64,000 nucleotides of DNA, taken from positions 62-64,061 of the forward strand of contig JAGCVQ010000089.1 in the NCBI GenBank assembly GCA_017962275.1, in the 5' to 3' direction. Each line of letters begins with the position of its first letter. Position 1 is the stretch's first letter. The notes beneath the pieces were generated by a model. The model was not told where the DNA came from. It ran no database searches and saw only the letters and a program-made list of their open reading frames with translations. Shown piece by piece: positions 51,801-58,416 of the stretch. The stretch is from Bacteroidales bacterium (GTDB lineage: Bacteria; Bacteroidota; Bacteroidia; Bacteroidales; WCHB1-69). The position numbers and the translations under genes were made by a program.

Positions 51801-51936
51801 GGATGGTGAACTGAGGAAACTCGTCCTTGTTCAGCCTTGTCAGCGCGAAAATGCCGAACAGCACCAAGCACGCCACAATGAAGAAGATGATCTTGTGGCT
51901 GCGCATCGCGGAGAGGATATGGTGCTTTGACGACAT
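48856..51936 (-). CDS. RND (AcrB/HAE1-like) efflux permease
   Basis: 1026 aa, with 12 TM segments and two large periplasmic loops. It contains VVLGMIVDDSVIVID and GIIVRNAIIMFEY. Confidence 0.92.
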   Translation of the reverse strand: MSSKHHILSAMRSHKIIFFIVACLVLFGIFALTRLNKDEFPQFTIRQGVVAAVYPGATAQEVEEQVTKPLERFLFTYAEIDKEKTYSVTENGIVYVYAELRVSVKDKDGAWSKIRHGLQLFKKTSLPAGVLEIVVVDDFGNTSSMLLTVESPERTPRELEDYAERLCDRLRSIPEMGNIKILGQQNEEIAVLVDQEKLAAYGISQRALLVELATQGIRTVGGSVENEAGEAEVHISIPYQSEYEIGEQIVFTDPMGHHVRLRDIATIERRYAKPKNYIKYNGTSTVLISMEMAPGNNIVAFGKKVEKEIEKCKSTLPPDVDMHKITNQPYVVNKSVMSFLRDLLFSILVVIAVMLLLFPLRTALVSGSSVPVCTAVTMGLMYIFGIELNTVTLAALIVVLGMIVDDSVIVIDGYTDYLQRGYSRWYSALYSTKALFVPMSLATLAISGMFFPMTHIITGPLGDFVQLFPWTVLFALVCSIFYAVWVIPYLSTVFIKRNKDGIAPNRFEAAQNRFFVFLQERYDEVLTHCFRHPAVVILLAVSAITLGGFLFTRLQIQMLPKADRNCFAVEMHLAEGSTLAQTEAVADSMEHVLRADPRVTSVTSFIGCSSPRFHATYAPQMAHKNYAQFIVNTTSEKNTLRLIREYGPKYEYHFPNAYIRFKQIDYQAVSNPVEVRFSGDDFDAMKSAADSLKRYLHTLPELTWVHSNMDETSQDIGITLKSDEATRLGVTQSMLSLYLSSALGGQNLTNVWEGDYKVPVTLYTQKGGDTLDYQGLEDFLIPTSVPGTWVPLRQVADISPEWHDAVINRRNSVRTVTVGADLNFGYSQPDVMKKIDRYINEELKPNIADNVDVTYGGLTGINGMVIPEIALSFLAAVLVLFVFLLYHFGRLDIVFLTLSASLICVFGACLGLWIFGLDFSITAVLGVVSLIGIIVRNAIIMFEYAEDLRRNRRKSAREAAFEAGRRRMRPIFLTSATTALGVMPMIVAHTNLWMPMGVVICFGTIFSLPLVVTVLPVAYWQIFKSN

Positions 51937-51990
51937 GTTTTTTTTTGCTTTGACTCTAACTACACTGCGGCTGTTGCTTTTGTTGTGAGG

Positions 51991-52070
51991 GGCCCCACAC
52001 TGCGGCTATCGCCTTGTGTGGGGTTATTAGCACTCCGTGCGTTTTGCCTCTTCGAGGCAGCTTAAGGAAT
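51991..52070 (-). repeat. Structured intercistronic element, copy B (MFP-RND junction)
   Basis: It has the same stems as copy A, with different loop sequences in hairpins 1 and 3. Confidence 0.75.
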
Positions 52071-52071
52071 T

Positions 52072-52106
52072 ATTCTTCATTATGCATTCTTAATTCTTAA
52101 TTCTGA
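52072..52106. repeat. Heptamer array, 5 units (ATTCTTA-like), spanning the MFP stop and its last 8 codons
   Basis: The units are ATTCTTC ATTATGC ATTCTTA ATTCTTA ATTCTGA. The stretch encodes ...ELRIKNA*. Confidence 0.7.
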
Positions 52107-53105
52107 ATTTACGTATAGTTTGTCCATCCCGCTGGTGATGACCGTGTCGCCGGGGTGGAGGCCGGAGGATACGAGGACGCCGTTGGACATGAAGGCGGAG
52201 GAGGTGATGAGGCGGTGCTGGGCGCGGCCGTTCTCCACCACCCAGACGGAAAGGCCCTCGGGACGGGTCTGCACGCACTTGGCCGGGATGACAAATCCTT
52301 GGTCGTCAGGCTGTTCGAGCTGCACCTTGCACACCATGCCGGGCAGCAGGGAACGGTCTTGGTTGGGGAAGGCGATCTTGACCTCGTAGCTGTGCGACAC
52401 GCGGGAGGCGTTGACGCTGCGGTCGGTTATGCGGCCGGTGAGAATGCGGTTGTCGAGCGCGGCCACACAGACAGAGGCGTTGTCACCAATATTCACGGTG
52501 CTGATTTCGCTCTCAGGGACCGAGAAGGAGACGGACACGCTGCCCATATCGAGGATGGTGACGGCTGGTTCGCCCGGCAGCAACGATGCGCCCGCCTTGG
52601 CGTTGCAGCTGCCCACCACGCCCGCGACGGGAGCTCGTAAGGTGCAGTCATCCAGCTGTTTCTTGGCAATCTGCTCCATCGAACGGGCTTTCTCCAACGT
52701 AGTTTCCATCTCCACCCACTTCACTTCGGCCAGACTTCCCTGGTCATACACTTTCTTCAGTCTTTTATAAGCATCCTCCGCCTGCTCCAACGAAGCTTTG
52801 GCGGAGTTGTAGGCGTTCTGTGCATTGCTGCTGTTCACGGTGGCGAGGATTTGTCCTGCCCGCACGCGGTCGCCCTCGTGCACATACACACGCTCCACGC
52901 GCCCGCCCATGGGGAAACTCGCCGCCACCGACAGATTCTCTTCCACCTCGCCCACGTAGGTGCGCGTCATGCCGCCGGCCACAGTATCGACCACCATCAC
53001 CTCGACGGTGACGGCCGCTTGCTCCTGCTTCGGAGCCTCATGACGGCAGCCCGCGACCAACAGACCGAGCAGAACGGCAAGGATGACGAATTTACAGTCT
53101 CTCAT
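52080..53105 (-). CDS. RND efflux periplasmic adaptor (membrane fusion protein)
   Basis: The lipobox is LLVAGC. The layout runs from a barrel-sandwich hybrid domain through a coiled-coil hairpin to a beta-barrel. 341 aa. Confidence 0.88.
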   Translation of the reverse strand: MRDCKFVILAVLLGLLVAGCRHEAPKQEQAAVTVEVMVVDTVAGGMTRTYVGEVEENLSVAASFPMGGRVERVYVHEGDRVRAGQILATVNSSNAQNAYNSAKASLEQAEDAYKRLKKVYDQGSLAEVKWVEMETTLEKARSMEQIAKKQLDDCTLRAPVAGVVGSCNAKAGASLLPGEPAVTILDMGSVSVSFSVPESEISTVNIGDNASVCVAALDNRILTGRITDRSVNASRVSHSYEVKIAFPNQDRSLLPGMVCKVQLEQPDDQGFVIPAKCVQTRPEGLSVWVVENGRAQHRLITSSAFMSNGVLVSSGLHPGDTVITSGMDKLYVNSELRIKNA

Positions 53106-53107
53106 GA

Positions 53108-53635
53108 TTAGTTCTTTTCGGCTATGATGTTCATTTCCATTCCGTTAAGCCGCACGCTCGGGTTCCCGCTTTGGTAACCGTTCCACCGTTCCTTCAGGAT
53201 CAACATGTTGCCGTTGCGAACCCCGTTGCCCGATGCCGTGACGCGATAGATGGCGGAGGGCACGTCATCTCCGCCGAGGTCAACGTCCAGATTGAGATCC
53301 GGAAGACCGCTGGAAGAGAGGATGTTCGTGCTGAACGAATGGGTCTCCAGGATTAGGTTGTCGCCGTCAATTCCCGCCGACAGCGTGTAGCCGCCGCCGT
53401 TCATCTCGTTCATGGTGATGATGTATTTCCCCTTTTGGGACTTGTCTTTCAGGATGTTCATCTGTCCGTTGCGGTGGATGAGGTGGTAGGTCACCTCGCC
53501 GTCCTCGTCCATAATGGCCACCTCGCCCGACAGTTTGTAGCTGTAGTCGCCGGTGATCCGCATCGATTCCCGCTGGCACGCGAAGAGCGTCAGCGACAGG
53601 ACACCGATGATTCCGATGATGAGATGTTTGTACAT
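53108..53635 (-). CDS. Lipoprotein of unknown function, first gene of the RND operon
   Basis: I place the start at ATG 53635 (MYKHLIIGIIGVLSLTLFAC), 26 nt downstream of the -7 box at 53662-53669. Its stop lies 2 nt before the MFP start. Confidence 0.6.
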   Translation of the reverse strand: MYKHLIIGIIGVLSLTLFACQRESMRITGDYSYKLSGEVAIMDEDGEVTYHLIHRNGQMNILKDKSQKGKYIITMNEMNGGGYTLSAGIDGDNLILETHSFSTNILSSSGLPDLNLDVDLGGDDVPSAIYRVTASGNGVRNGNMLILKERWNGYQSGNPSVRLNGMEMNIIAEKN

Positions 53636-53661
53636 TTTCGCATGTTTTTCGTTAAAACCTG

Positions 53662-53669
53662 CAAAGATA
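53662..53669 (-). promoter_or_regulatory. -7 box TATCTTTG, RND efflux operon
   Basis: The reverse complement reads AAAAAATGTATCTTTGCAGG. It lies 26 nt upstream of ATG 53635. Confidence 0.75.
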
Positions 53670-53768
53670 CATTTTTTCTGCATCGTTCATCTCTCGTCAT
53701 TCCGCAATCATCATTGAAACCAAAGGCGCGGCCCGAATCACCGAATCCTGCGAAATTCTCTTTTAAAA

Positions 53769-53796
53769 ATTAACTATCCAATGTTAAATAGTTAAT
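53769..53796. promoter_or_regulatory. Perfect 9-bp inverted repeat with a 10-nt spacer, operator-like or islet boundary
   Basis: ATTAACTAT-ccaatgttaa-ATAGTTAAT lies between the divergent RND-operon and ORF6N promoters. Confidence 0.3.
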
Positions 53797-53872
53797 GAGG
53801 TTTTTCTAAAGTGTTGAGAGTCAAACTAAAAAAAGTATTGCAAAAACCCTTGACATCGGATCTTTTTTGTTG

Positions 53873-53880
53873 TATCTTTG
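53873..53880 (+). promoter_or_regulatory. -7 box TATCTTTG, ORF6N remnant
   Basis: The context is TTTTTTGTTGTATCTTTGTCGC. It lies 24 nt upstream of ATG 53905. Confidence 0.65.
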
Positions 53881-53904
53881 TCGCAACAATTAAAACAAAC
53901 GATT

Positions 53905-54117
53905 ATGGAATTTATAGAAGAAAACAAAATTGAAATTGCAACTCCAGAAATCATCAAGTCACGCATCTTCAAAGTACGTAGAAGATGTGTCATCATTGAC
54001 AGCGACCTTGCTGAGATGTATGGGGTTGAAACAAAAAATTTGAAACGTACTGTTCGGATGAACATTGAACGTTTGCCTTGGCTTTTTTGGGGATTTATCG
54101 TTTATCGTTATATTTGA
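53905..54117 (+). pseudogene. Truncated ORF6N/KilA-N-like DNA-binding domain gene
   Basis: IKSRIFKVRRRCVIIDSDLAEMYGVETKNLKRTVRMNIERLP matches the ORF6N N-terminal core. The frame then decays into WLFWGFIVYRYI* after about 70 aa, whereas full-length family members as I recall them are roughly 170-190 aa. The -7 box is at 53873-53880. Confidence 0.55.
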
Positions 54118-54185
54118 AAAATGAGGGACTTAAAAAAACAAAACCCCAAGGTTTGATTGCTCAGGGACCTCAGGGGATAACACGG

Positions 54186-54193
54186 CAAAAATA
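54186..54193 (-). promoter_or_regulatory. Orphan -7 box TATTTTTG, antisense to the ORF6N remnant
   Basis: The reverse complement reads AAAAAAAATGTATTTTTGCCGTG, the full extended consensus. The downstream minus-strand sequence ends in GGGGTTTTGTTTTTTT within about 50 nt. Confidence 0.5.
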
Positions 54194-54268
54194 CATTTTT
54201 TTTGCACACAACAATTATTATGAAATTTTATTTGTAATACATATCTATGTTTCTGAATTCTAAAGACT

Positions 54269-54958
54269 ATGAAATACGAAGAATATGAAAATGCTTTTTC
54301 TGCGGCTCGATTAAACAAATATTTGTATGCATGCGAGGGTAGCAAAGACAAAGCTCTCAAACTATATCGGTTAAACATTAAACTATGTCAGAAATTGTAT
54401 GGAGTGTTGAACGTTTTTGAAATAGTTCTAAGAAATGCAGTGCACGAGCACTATAAAAGATACTTTTCAAATCCAGATTGGATAAAGGCTCAATTATCAG
54501 AAGGCGGAATGTTGAGCTTGGCTCCTAAAAAAGACGAGGCGGCATTCATCATTCAGAACTTGCTTGACTCGGGGAAATACTCTCCTGACAGAGTTGTATC
54601 TTCTTTATCGTTTGGCTTTTGGACCCATCTGTTCACCAAACATCCATTTTCCAAAGGAGGCAAAAGCATTTTGAACATTTTTCCAAACAAGTCTAAACCA
54701 TTAGGGCAAAGGGTTATCTTCAATGAGCTGATGAGGATAAAAGCATTTAGGAACAGAATAGCGCACCATGAACCGATTTGTTTTGACCAAACAGGTTTTG
54801 TTGATACAGTTTACGCCCGAAGCAATTACATGCTGATTTTACGCTATTTGTTCTTCCTCGGCTATAAAGAAAGCCAGATTCTATACGGATTGGATGTTCA
54901 ACCCGATGCGATTTTCAACAAAATTGATTCAATTGCAAAAATGAACATTCATGAATAA
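54269..54958 (+). CDS. Abi_2 (AbiD/AbiF-like) HEPN-domain abortive-infection protein
   Basis: It contains FSAARLNKYL...ALKLYRLNIKLCQKLYGVLNVFEIVLRNAV and FRNRIAHHEP, an Rx4H HEPN motif. It lies in a low-GC islet. Confidence 0.75.
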   Translation: MKYEEYENAFSAARLNKYLYACEGSKDKALKLYRLNIKLCQKLYGVLNVFEIVLRNAVHEHYKRYFSNPDWIKAQLSEGGMLSLAPKKDEAAFIIQNLLDSGKYSPDRVVSSLSFGFWTHLFTKHPFSKGGKSILNIFPNKSKPLGQRVIFNELMRIKAFRNRIAHHEPICFDQTGFVDTVYARSNYMLILRYLFFLGYKESQILYGLDVQPDAIFNKIDSIAKMNIHE

Positions 54959-55010
54959 CAAGTCACTTCACATTCTGCATTGTAAAAGGGCGCAGCCCCA
55001 CGGCCACGCC

Positions 55011-55045
55011 CTAATTCCTAATTCCTAATTCTTCATTCTTAATTC
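55011..55045. repeat. Heptamer array, 5 units (CTAATTC)
   Basis: The units are CTAATTC x3, TTCATTC, TTAATTC. The dxr stop (55039-55041) lies in unit 5. A 12-nt core, CATTCTTAATTC, is shared with 52085-52096. Confidence 0.85.
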
Positions 55046-56202
55046 AGAATCGTCCTCTTCGTTTCCGCATCCAGCGCGATGTACTCCTCGATGCTCTTCG
55101 GCTTGATGCCCGGGGCATTGGCGAGGGCATTCTCGATGATGCGTGGGATGTCGGTGAACTTGATCTTCTCCTGCATGAACAGCTTCACGGCGGCCTCGTT
55201 GGCGGCGTTCATCACGCAGGGCATCCCGCCACCGGTAGCCGACGCCTTGTAGGCCATGTCCAGGCACGGGAACATCTCCCGGTTGGGTTTCTCGAACGTG
55301 AACTGCCCGTATTGGGTGAAGTCCAGACGCGGGTACGGCAACGGCAACCGCAACGGATAGGTCAGCGCGTACTGGATGGGCAGCCGCATATCGGGGATGC
55401 CGAGCTGCGCTTTCACGGAACCGTCCTCGAACTGCACCATGGAGTGGATGACCGACTGCGGATGTACCAGCACGTCGATCTTCTCCAACGGCATGCCGAA
55501 CAGCCACTTGGCCTCGATGACCTCCAACCCCTTGTTCATCAGGCTCGCACTGTCAATGGTCACCTTCGGACCCATACTCCAGTTCGGATGCTTGAGGGCG
55601 TCCTTCAGCGTAACCTTCTCCAACTGTTCCGGCGTGAAACTCCGGAAAGCGCCGCCGGAAGCCGTGATGATCAGCTTCTCCACGGGGTTGAAATGTTCGC
55701 CGGCCAGACATTGGAAGATGGCCGAATGTTCCGAATCCACCGGAATCACCGGCGCATTGTGCTCCTTCGCGGTGCGCATGATGAGTTCGCCGGCCACCAC
55801 AAGGGTCTCTTTGTTGGCGATGGCCAACGGCGTGCCGCACGACACGGTGCGGAAGGCCGGACGCAACCCCGCGATGCCCACGATGCATGAAAGGACCACA
55901 TCCACGCAGTCCATCTCGCAGACATCGCACAAAGACTCCTCGCCGCAGAAGACCTTCACGTCTTCGTCTGCCAGAGCCTCTTTCACCTTGCGGTAGGCCT
56001 CTTCCTGCACCACCACGACGATGTTGGGATGGTACTGTTTCGCCTGCTGGATCAAAATATCCGCACTGGAGTTGGCGGCGATGATCTCCAATTGCAGCAC
56101 TTCGGGATGGAGGGCGATGATCTCCAACGCCTGCGTGCCCATCGAACCCGTCGAGCCAAGAACGGCAATGCGGCGGGGACTATTCTCTTGTTGATTGTTC
56201 AT
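55039..56202 (-). CDS. dxr: 1-deoxy-D-xylulose-5-phosphate reductoisomerase
   Basis: It contains RIAVLGSTGSMGTQAL, NKETLVVAG, VDSEHSAIFQCL and HPNWSMGPKVTIDSA. I prefer the start at ATG 56202 (MNNQQENS). Confidence 0.93.
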   Translation of the reverse strand: MNNQQENSPRRIAVLGSTGSMGTQALEIIALHPEVLQLEIIAANSSADILIQQAKQYHPNIVVVVQEEAYRKVKEALADEDVKVFCGEESLCDVCEMDCVDVVLSCIVGIAGLRPAFRTVSCGTPLAIANKETLVVAGELIMRTAKEHNAPVIPVDSEHSAIFQCLAGEHFNPVEKLIITASGGAFRSFTPEQLEKVTLKDALKHPNWSMGPKVTIDSASLMNKGLEVIEAKWLFGMPLEKIDVLVHPQSVIHSMVQFEDGSVKAQLGIPDMRLPIQYALTYPLRLPLPYPRLDFTQYGQFTFEKPNREMFPCLDMAYKASATGGGMPCVMNAANEAAVKLFMQEKIKFTDIPRIIENALANAPGIKPKSIEEYIALDAETKRTILN

Positions 56203-56217
56203 AGATTGTTGTTTTTG

Positions 56218-56300
56218 GGACCCCAGGGGTTGCGGCACTCGTACCTCGCGCCTTACCCCTGGCTACCGAGCTCTTGCCCCTAACGGGGCTGTTCAAGGAA
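56218..56300 (-). repeat. Diverged member of the same structured element (adk-dxr junction)
   Basis: The sequence is GGGACCCCAGGGGT...ACCCCTGG...GCCCCTAACGGGGC-TGTTCAAGGAAG. The architecture matches copies A and B, with stem changes that preserve pairing. Confidence 0.5.
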
Positions 56301-56382
56301 GTTGTTTTATATTACTACCCCGCCCTTCGGGCACCCCTTCTGAAACAGAAGGGGAATTGGGGTTGCTCGTAACTGCAAACCA

Positions 56383-56417
56383 CTAACTGCTAACTACTAA
56401 CTACTAACTGCTAACTA
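56383..56417. repeat. Heptamer array, 5 units (CTAACTR), abutting the adk stop
   Basis: The units are CTAACTG CTAACTA CTAACTA CTAACTG CTAACTA, followed by the adk stop (TTA, the reverse complement of TAA). A 12-nt core, ACTAACTGCTAA, is shared with 48820-48831. Confidence 0.9.
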
Positions 56418-56993
56418 TTACAGCGCTTCCACGACCTTGCAGATATCCGCAAACACGTGCTCGATGTCCTGCATGCCGTTGATTTCCACTAACTTGCCTT
56501 GTTTCTGGTAGTATTCCACCAGCGGCATGGTCTGGGCGAAGAAGTTCTCCACGCGGGCCTTGACGGTGGCGGGGGTGTCGTCGGCGCGCTGCTCGATTTC
56601 GGCGCGTTTGAGGATGCGGCGTTGCACCTCCTCCATCTCCACCTTCAGGTAGATGACCTTGGTGATGTCGAGGTTGGTGAAGAAGGTCGGATCGTCCAAC
56701 ATCTCGGCCTGCTTGATGGTGCGCGGTACGCCGTCGAAGATGAAGCCCTTGCTGTCTGCGTGCTTCTCGATGTGGTTGCGCAACATGCCGAGGGTGATGT
56801 CGTCCGGACAGAGGTCGCCGCGGTTGATGATCTCCTGCGCCTTCAGGCCCAGCGGGGTCTTGTGGGAGATTTCGTAACGGAACAGGTCGCCGGTGGAGAC
56901 GTGTTCGAGGTTGAATTTTTCGGCCATCTGCTTGGCCTGGGTGCCTTTCCCGCTGCCGGGGGCACCGAACATGACGAGGTTGATTTGTTTCAT
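56418..56993 (-). CDS. adk: Adenylate kinase
   Basis: The P-loop is LVMFGAPGSGKGTQ. 191 aa, short-LID type. Confidence 0.93.
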   Translation of the reverse strand: MKQINLVMFGAPGSGKGTQAKQMAEKFNLEHVSTGDLFRYEISHKTPLGLKAQEIINRGDLCPDDITLGMLRNHIEKHADSKGFIFDGVPRTIKQAEMLDDPTFFTNLDITKVIYLKVEMEEVQRRILKRAEIEQRADDTPATVKARVENFFAQTMPLVEYYQKQGKLVEINGMQDIEHVFADICKVVEAL

Positions 56994-57002
56994 AATTCTT
57001 AT

Positions 57003-57037
57003 CTCTAAACTCTAAACTCTAAACTCTTAACTCTCAA
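57003..57037. repeat. Heptamer array, 5 units (CTCTAAA)
   Basis: The units are CTCTAAA x3, CTCTTAA, CTCTCAA. The hpt stop (57027-57029) lies in unit 4. The array nearly fills the hpt-adk spacer. Confidence 0.9.
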
Positions 57038-57566
57038 CTTGATAAATGTCGGGGAGATTGCGGCCGTAGCCGTCGTAGTCAAGACCGCGGCCGACGACGA
57101 ACTTGTTGGGGATGCTGAACCCGACGTAGTGGACGGGCAGGTCGGCTTTGTAGGCTTCCGGCTTCATCGTCATGGTGGCGATGCGCACGTCCTTCGCGCC
57201 GGCATCCATCAGCATTTTGTGGAGATGCACGTAAGTGCGGCCGGTATCGACAATGTCCTCCAGAATGAGGATCCGCTTTCCGCGAATGTCCTCGTTGAGG
57301 CCGATGAGACTGTTGATGGTGCCGGTGGATTCGGTGCCGCTGTAGGAGGAGAGTTTCACGCAGGAGATCCGGCAGGGGAAGTCCAGCTGTTTCAGCAGAT
57401 CGACGGCGAAGACGATGGCCCCGTTGAGGGTGATTAACAGGATCGGGTCGTCGTACCGGTATTCCAGCATGATGTCCGCAGCCACCTTGGCGATGGCCTC
57501 GTCGATTTTATCGGCGGTGATGTACTTGACAAAAGTCTTGTCCAAAAGGGTCACTTTCTCGCTCAT
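57027..57566 (-). CDS. hpt: Hypoxanthine(-guanine) phosphoribosyltransferase
   Basis: The PRPP loop is ILILEDIVDTGRT. 179 aa. The -7 box is at 57588-57595. Confidence 0.9.
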   Translation of the reverse strand: MSEKVTLLDKTFVKYITADKIDEAIAKVAADIMLEYRYDDPILLITLNGAIVFAVDLLKQLDFPCRISCVKLSSYSGTESTGTINSLIGLNEDIRGKRILILEDIVDTGRTYVHLHKMLMDAGAKDVRIATMTMKPEAYKADLPVHYVGFSIPNKFVVGRGLDYDGYGRNLPDIYQVES

Positions 57567-57587
57567 AACGGCAATTTTTTAGAAGCG

Positions 57588-57595
57588 CAAAAATA
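57588..57595 (-). promoter_or_regulatory. -7 box TATTTTTG, hpt-adk-dxr unit
   Basis: The reverse complement reads AAAAAATATTTATTTTTGCGC. It lies 21 nt upstream of the ATG. Confidence 0.7.
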
Positions 57596-57629
57596 AATAT
57601 TTTTTCTGTTAGTCGGTTGGTACTTTAAA

Positions 57630-57720
57630 GTTCCAAGTTCCAGGTTCCAAGTTCCAAGTTCCAGGTTCCAAGTTCCAAGTTCCAGGTTCCAAGTTCCAGG
57701 TTCCAGGTTCCAAGTTCAAG
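57630..57720. repeat. Heptamer array, 13 units (GTTCCAR)
   Basis: GTTCCAA and GTTCCAG alternate in a 21-nt super-period. The array lies between the trmH-family stop/REP and the hpt promoter. Confidence 0.95.
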
Positions 57721-57746
57721 GTGGCGTTGGGAACAGGTGATTAAGC

Positions 57747-57772
57747 AGGGACGTAAAATTTTGCGTCTCTAC
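57747..57772. repeat. Degenerate REP type A overlapping the trmH-family stop
   Basis: The sequence is AGGGACGTAAAATTTTGCGTCTCTAC. The TAG stop of the gene is the TAG of the REP arm. Confidence 0.65.
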
Positions 57773-58302
57773 CGAATGGCCAATTGTCGGATTGCCTCCC
57801 ACAGGGTGATGCCGGTGGCGACGGCCACGTTCAGCGAATGTTTCGTGCCGAACTGCGGGATCTCGACGGCCGCGTCGCACAAAGGCAGCAGCTCCTCCGA
57901 GATGCCGAACACCTCGTTGCCGACAAACAGCGCGACCTTTTCATATTGGGCGAAGTTGAAATCCTGAAGCATCACGGAACCGTCGGTCTGCTCCACTAAG
58001 ATAATAGCGTAACCTTCTGACTTTAACTCCGTTGCAAGCTCCGCCACATTCTCCTTGTACACCCATTCCACGCTTTCGGTCGCTCCGAGGGCGGTCTTGC
58101 TGATCTCCTTCTGCGGGGGCGTGGCGGTGATGCCGCACAGGTAGAGCCGCTCCACGTTGAAGGCGTCGCACGTCCGGAACGCCGACCCTACATTGTGCAT
58201 GCTGCGGATGTTGTCCAACACCAGCACGATGGGGCTTTTCCCCTGCTGCTTGAATTCCTCCGGGGTCACCCGCCCCAATTCCTCCATACTCAACTTTTTC
58301 AT
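57769..58302 (-). CDS. SpoU/TrmH-family RNA 2'-O-methyltransferase
   Basis: It contains LDNIRSMHNVGSAFRT, GNEVFGIS and IPQFGTKHSLNVAVATGI. The TAG stop lies inside a degenerate REP. Confidence 0.85.
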   Translation of the reverse strand: MKKLSMEELGRVTPEEFKQQGKSPIVLVLDNIRSMHNVGSAFRTCDAFNVERLYLCGITATPPQKEISKTALGATESVEWVYKENVAELATELKSEGYAIILVEQTDGSVMLQDFNFAQYEKVALFVGNEVFGISEELLPLCDAAVEIPQFGTKHSLNVAVATGITLWEAIRQLAIR

Positions 58303-58386
58303 ACTAGCATTATATTCTTCGTTATTTTACCTCCATTCCGCCCGACGATAGGAGGGCGGAACCTCCGACTTGCAAAGGCACGTAAT

Positions 58387-58416
58387 CGTAGAGACGTGGT
58401 GCACCGCGTTTCTACT
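58387..58416. repeat. REP type B (two arm mismatches) abutting the dnaB stop
   Basis: The sequence is CGTAGAGACGTGGTGCACCGCGTTTCTACT. It overlaps the dnaB TAG at 58415-58417. Confidence 0.75.

Noticed and set aside
53826-54378. Small minus-strand ORFs (53826-54065, 54130-54378) in the Abi islet
   Set aside because: They are antisense to the ORF6N remnant and the Abi_2 5' end. They are AT-rich and hydrophobic by composition. One of them starts upstream of the only minus-strand promoter in the islet.
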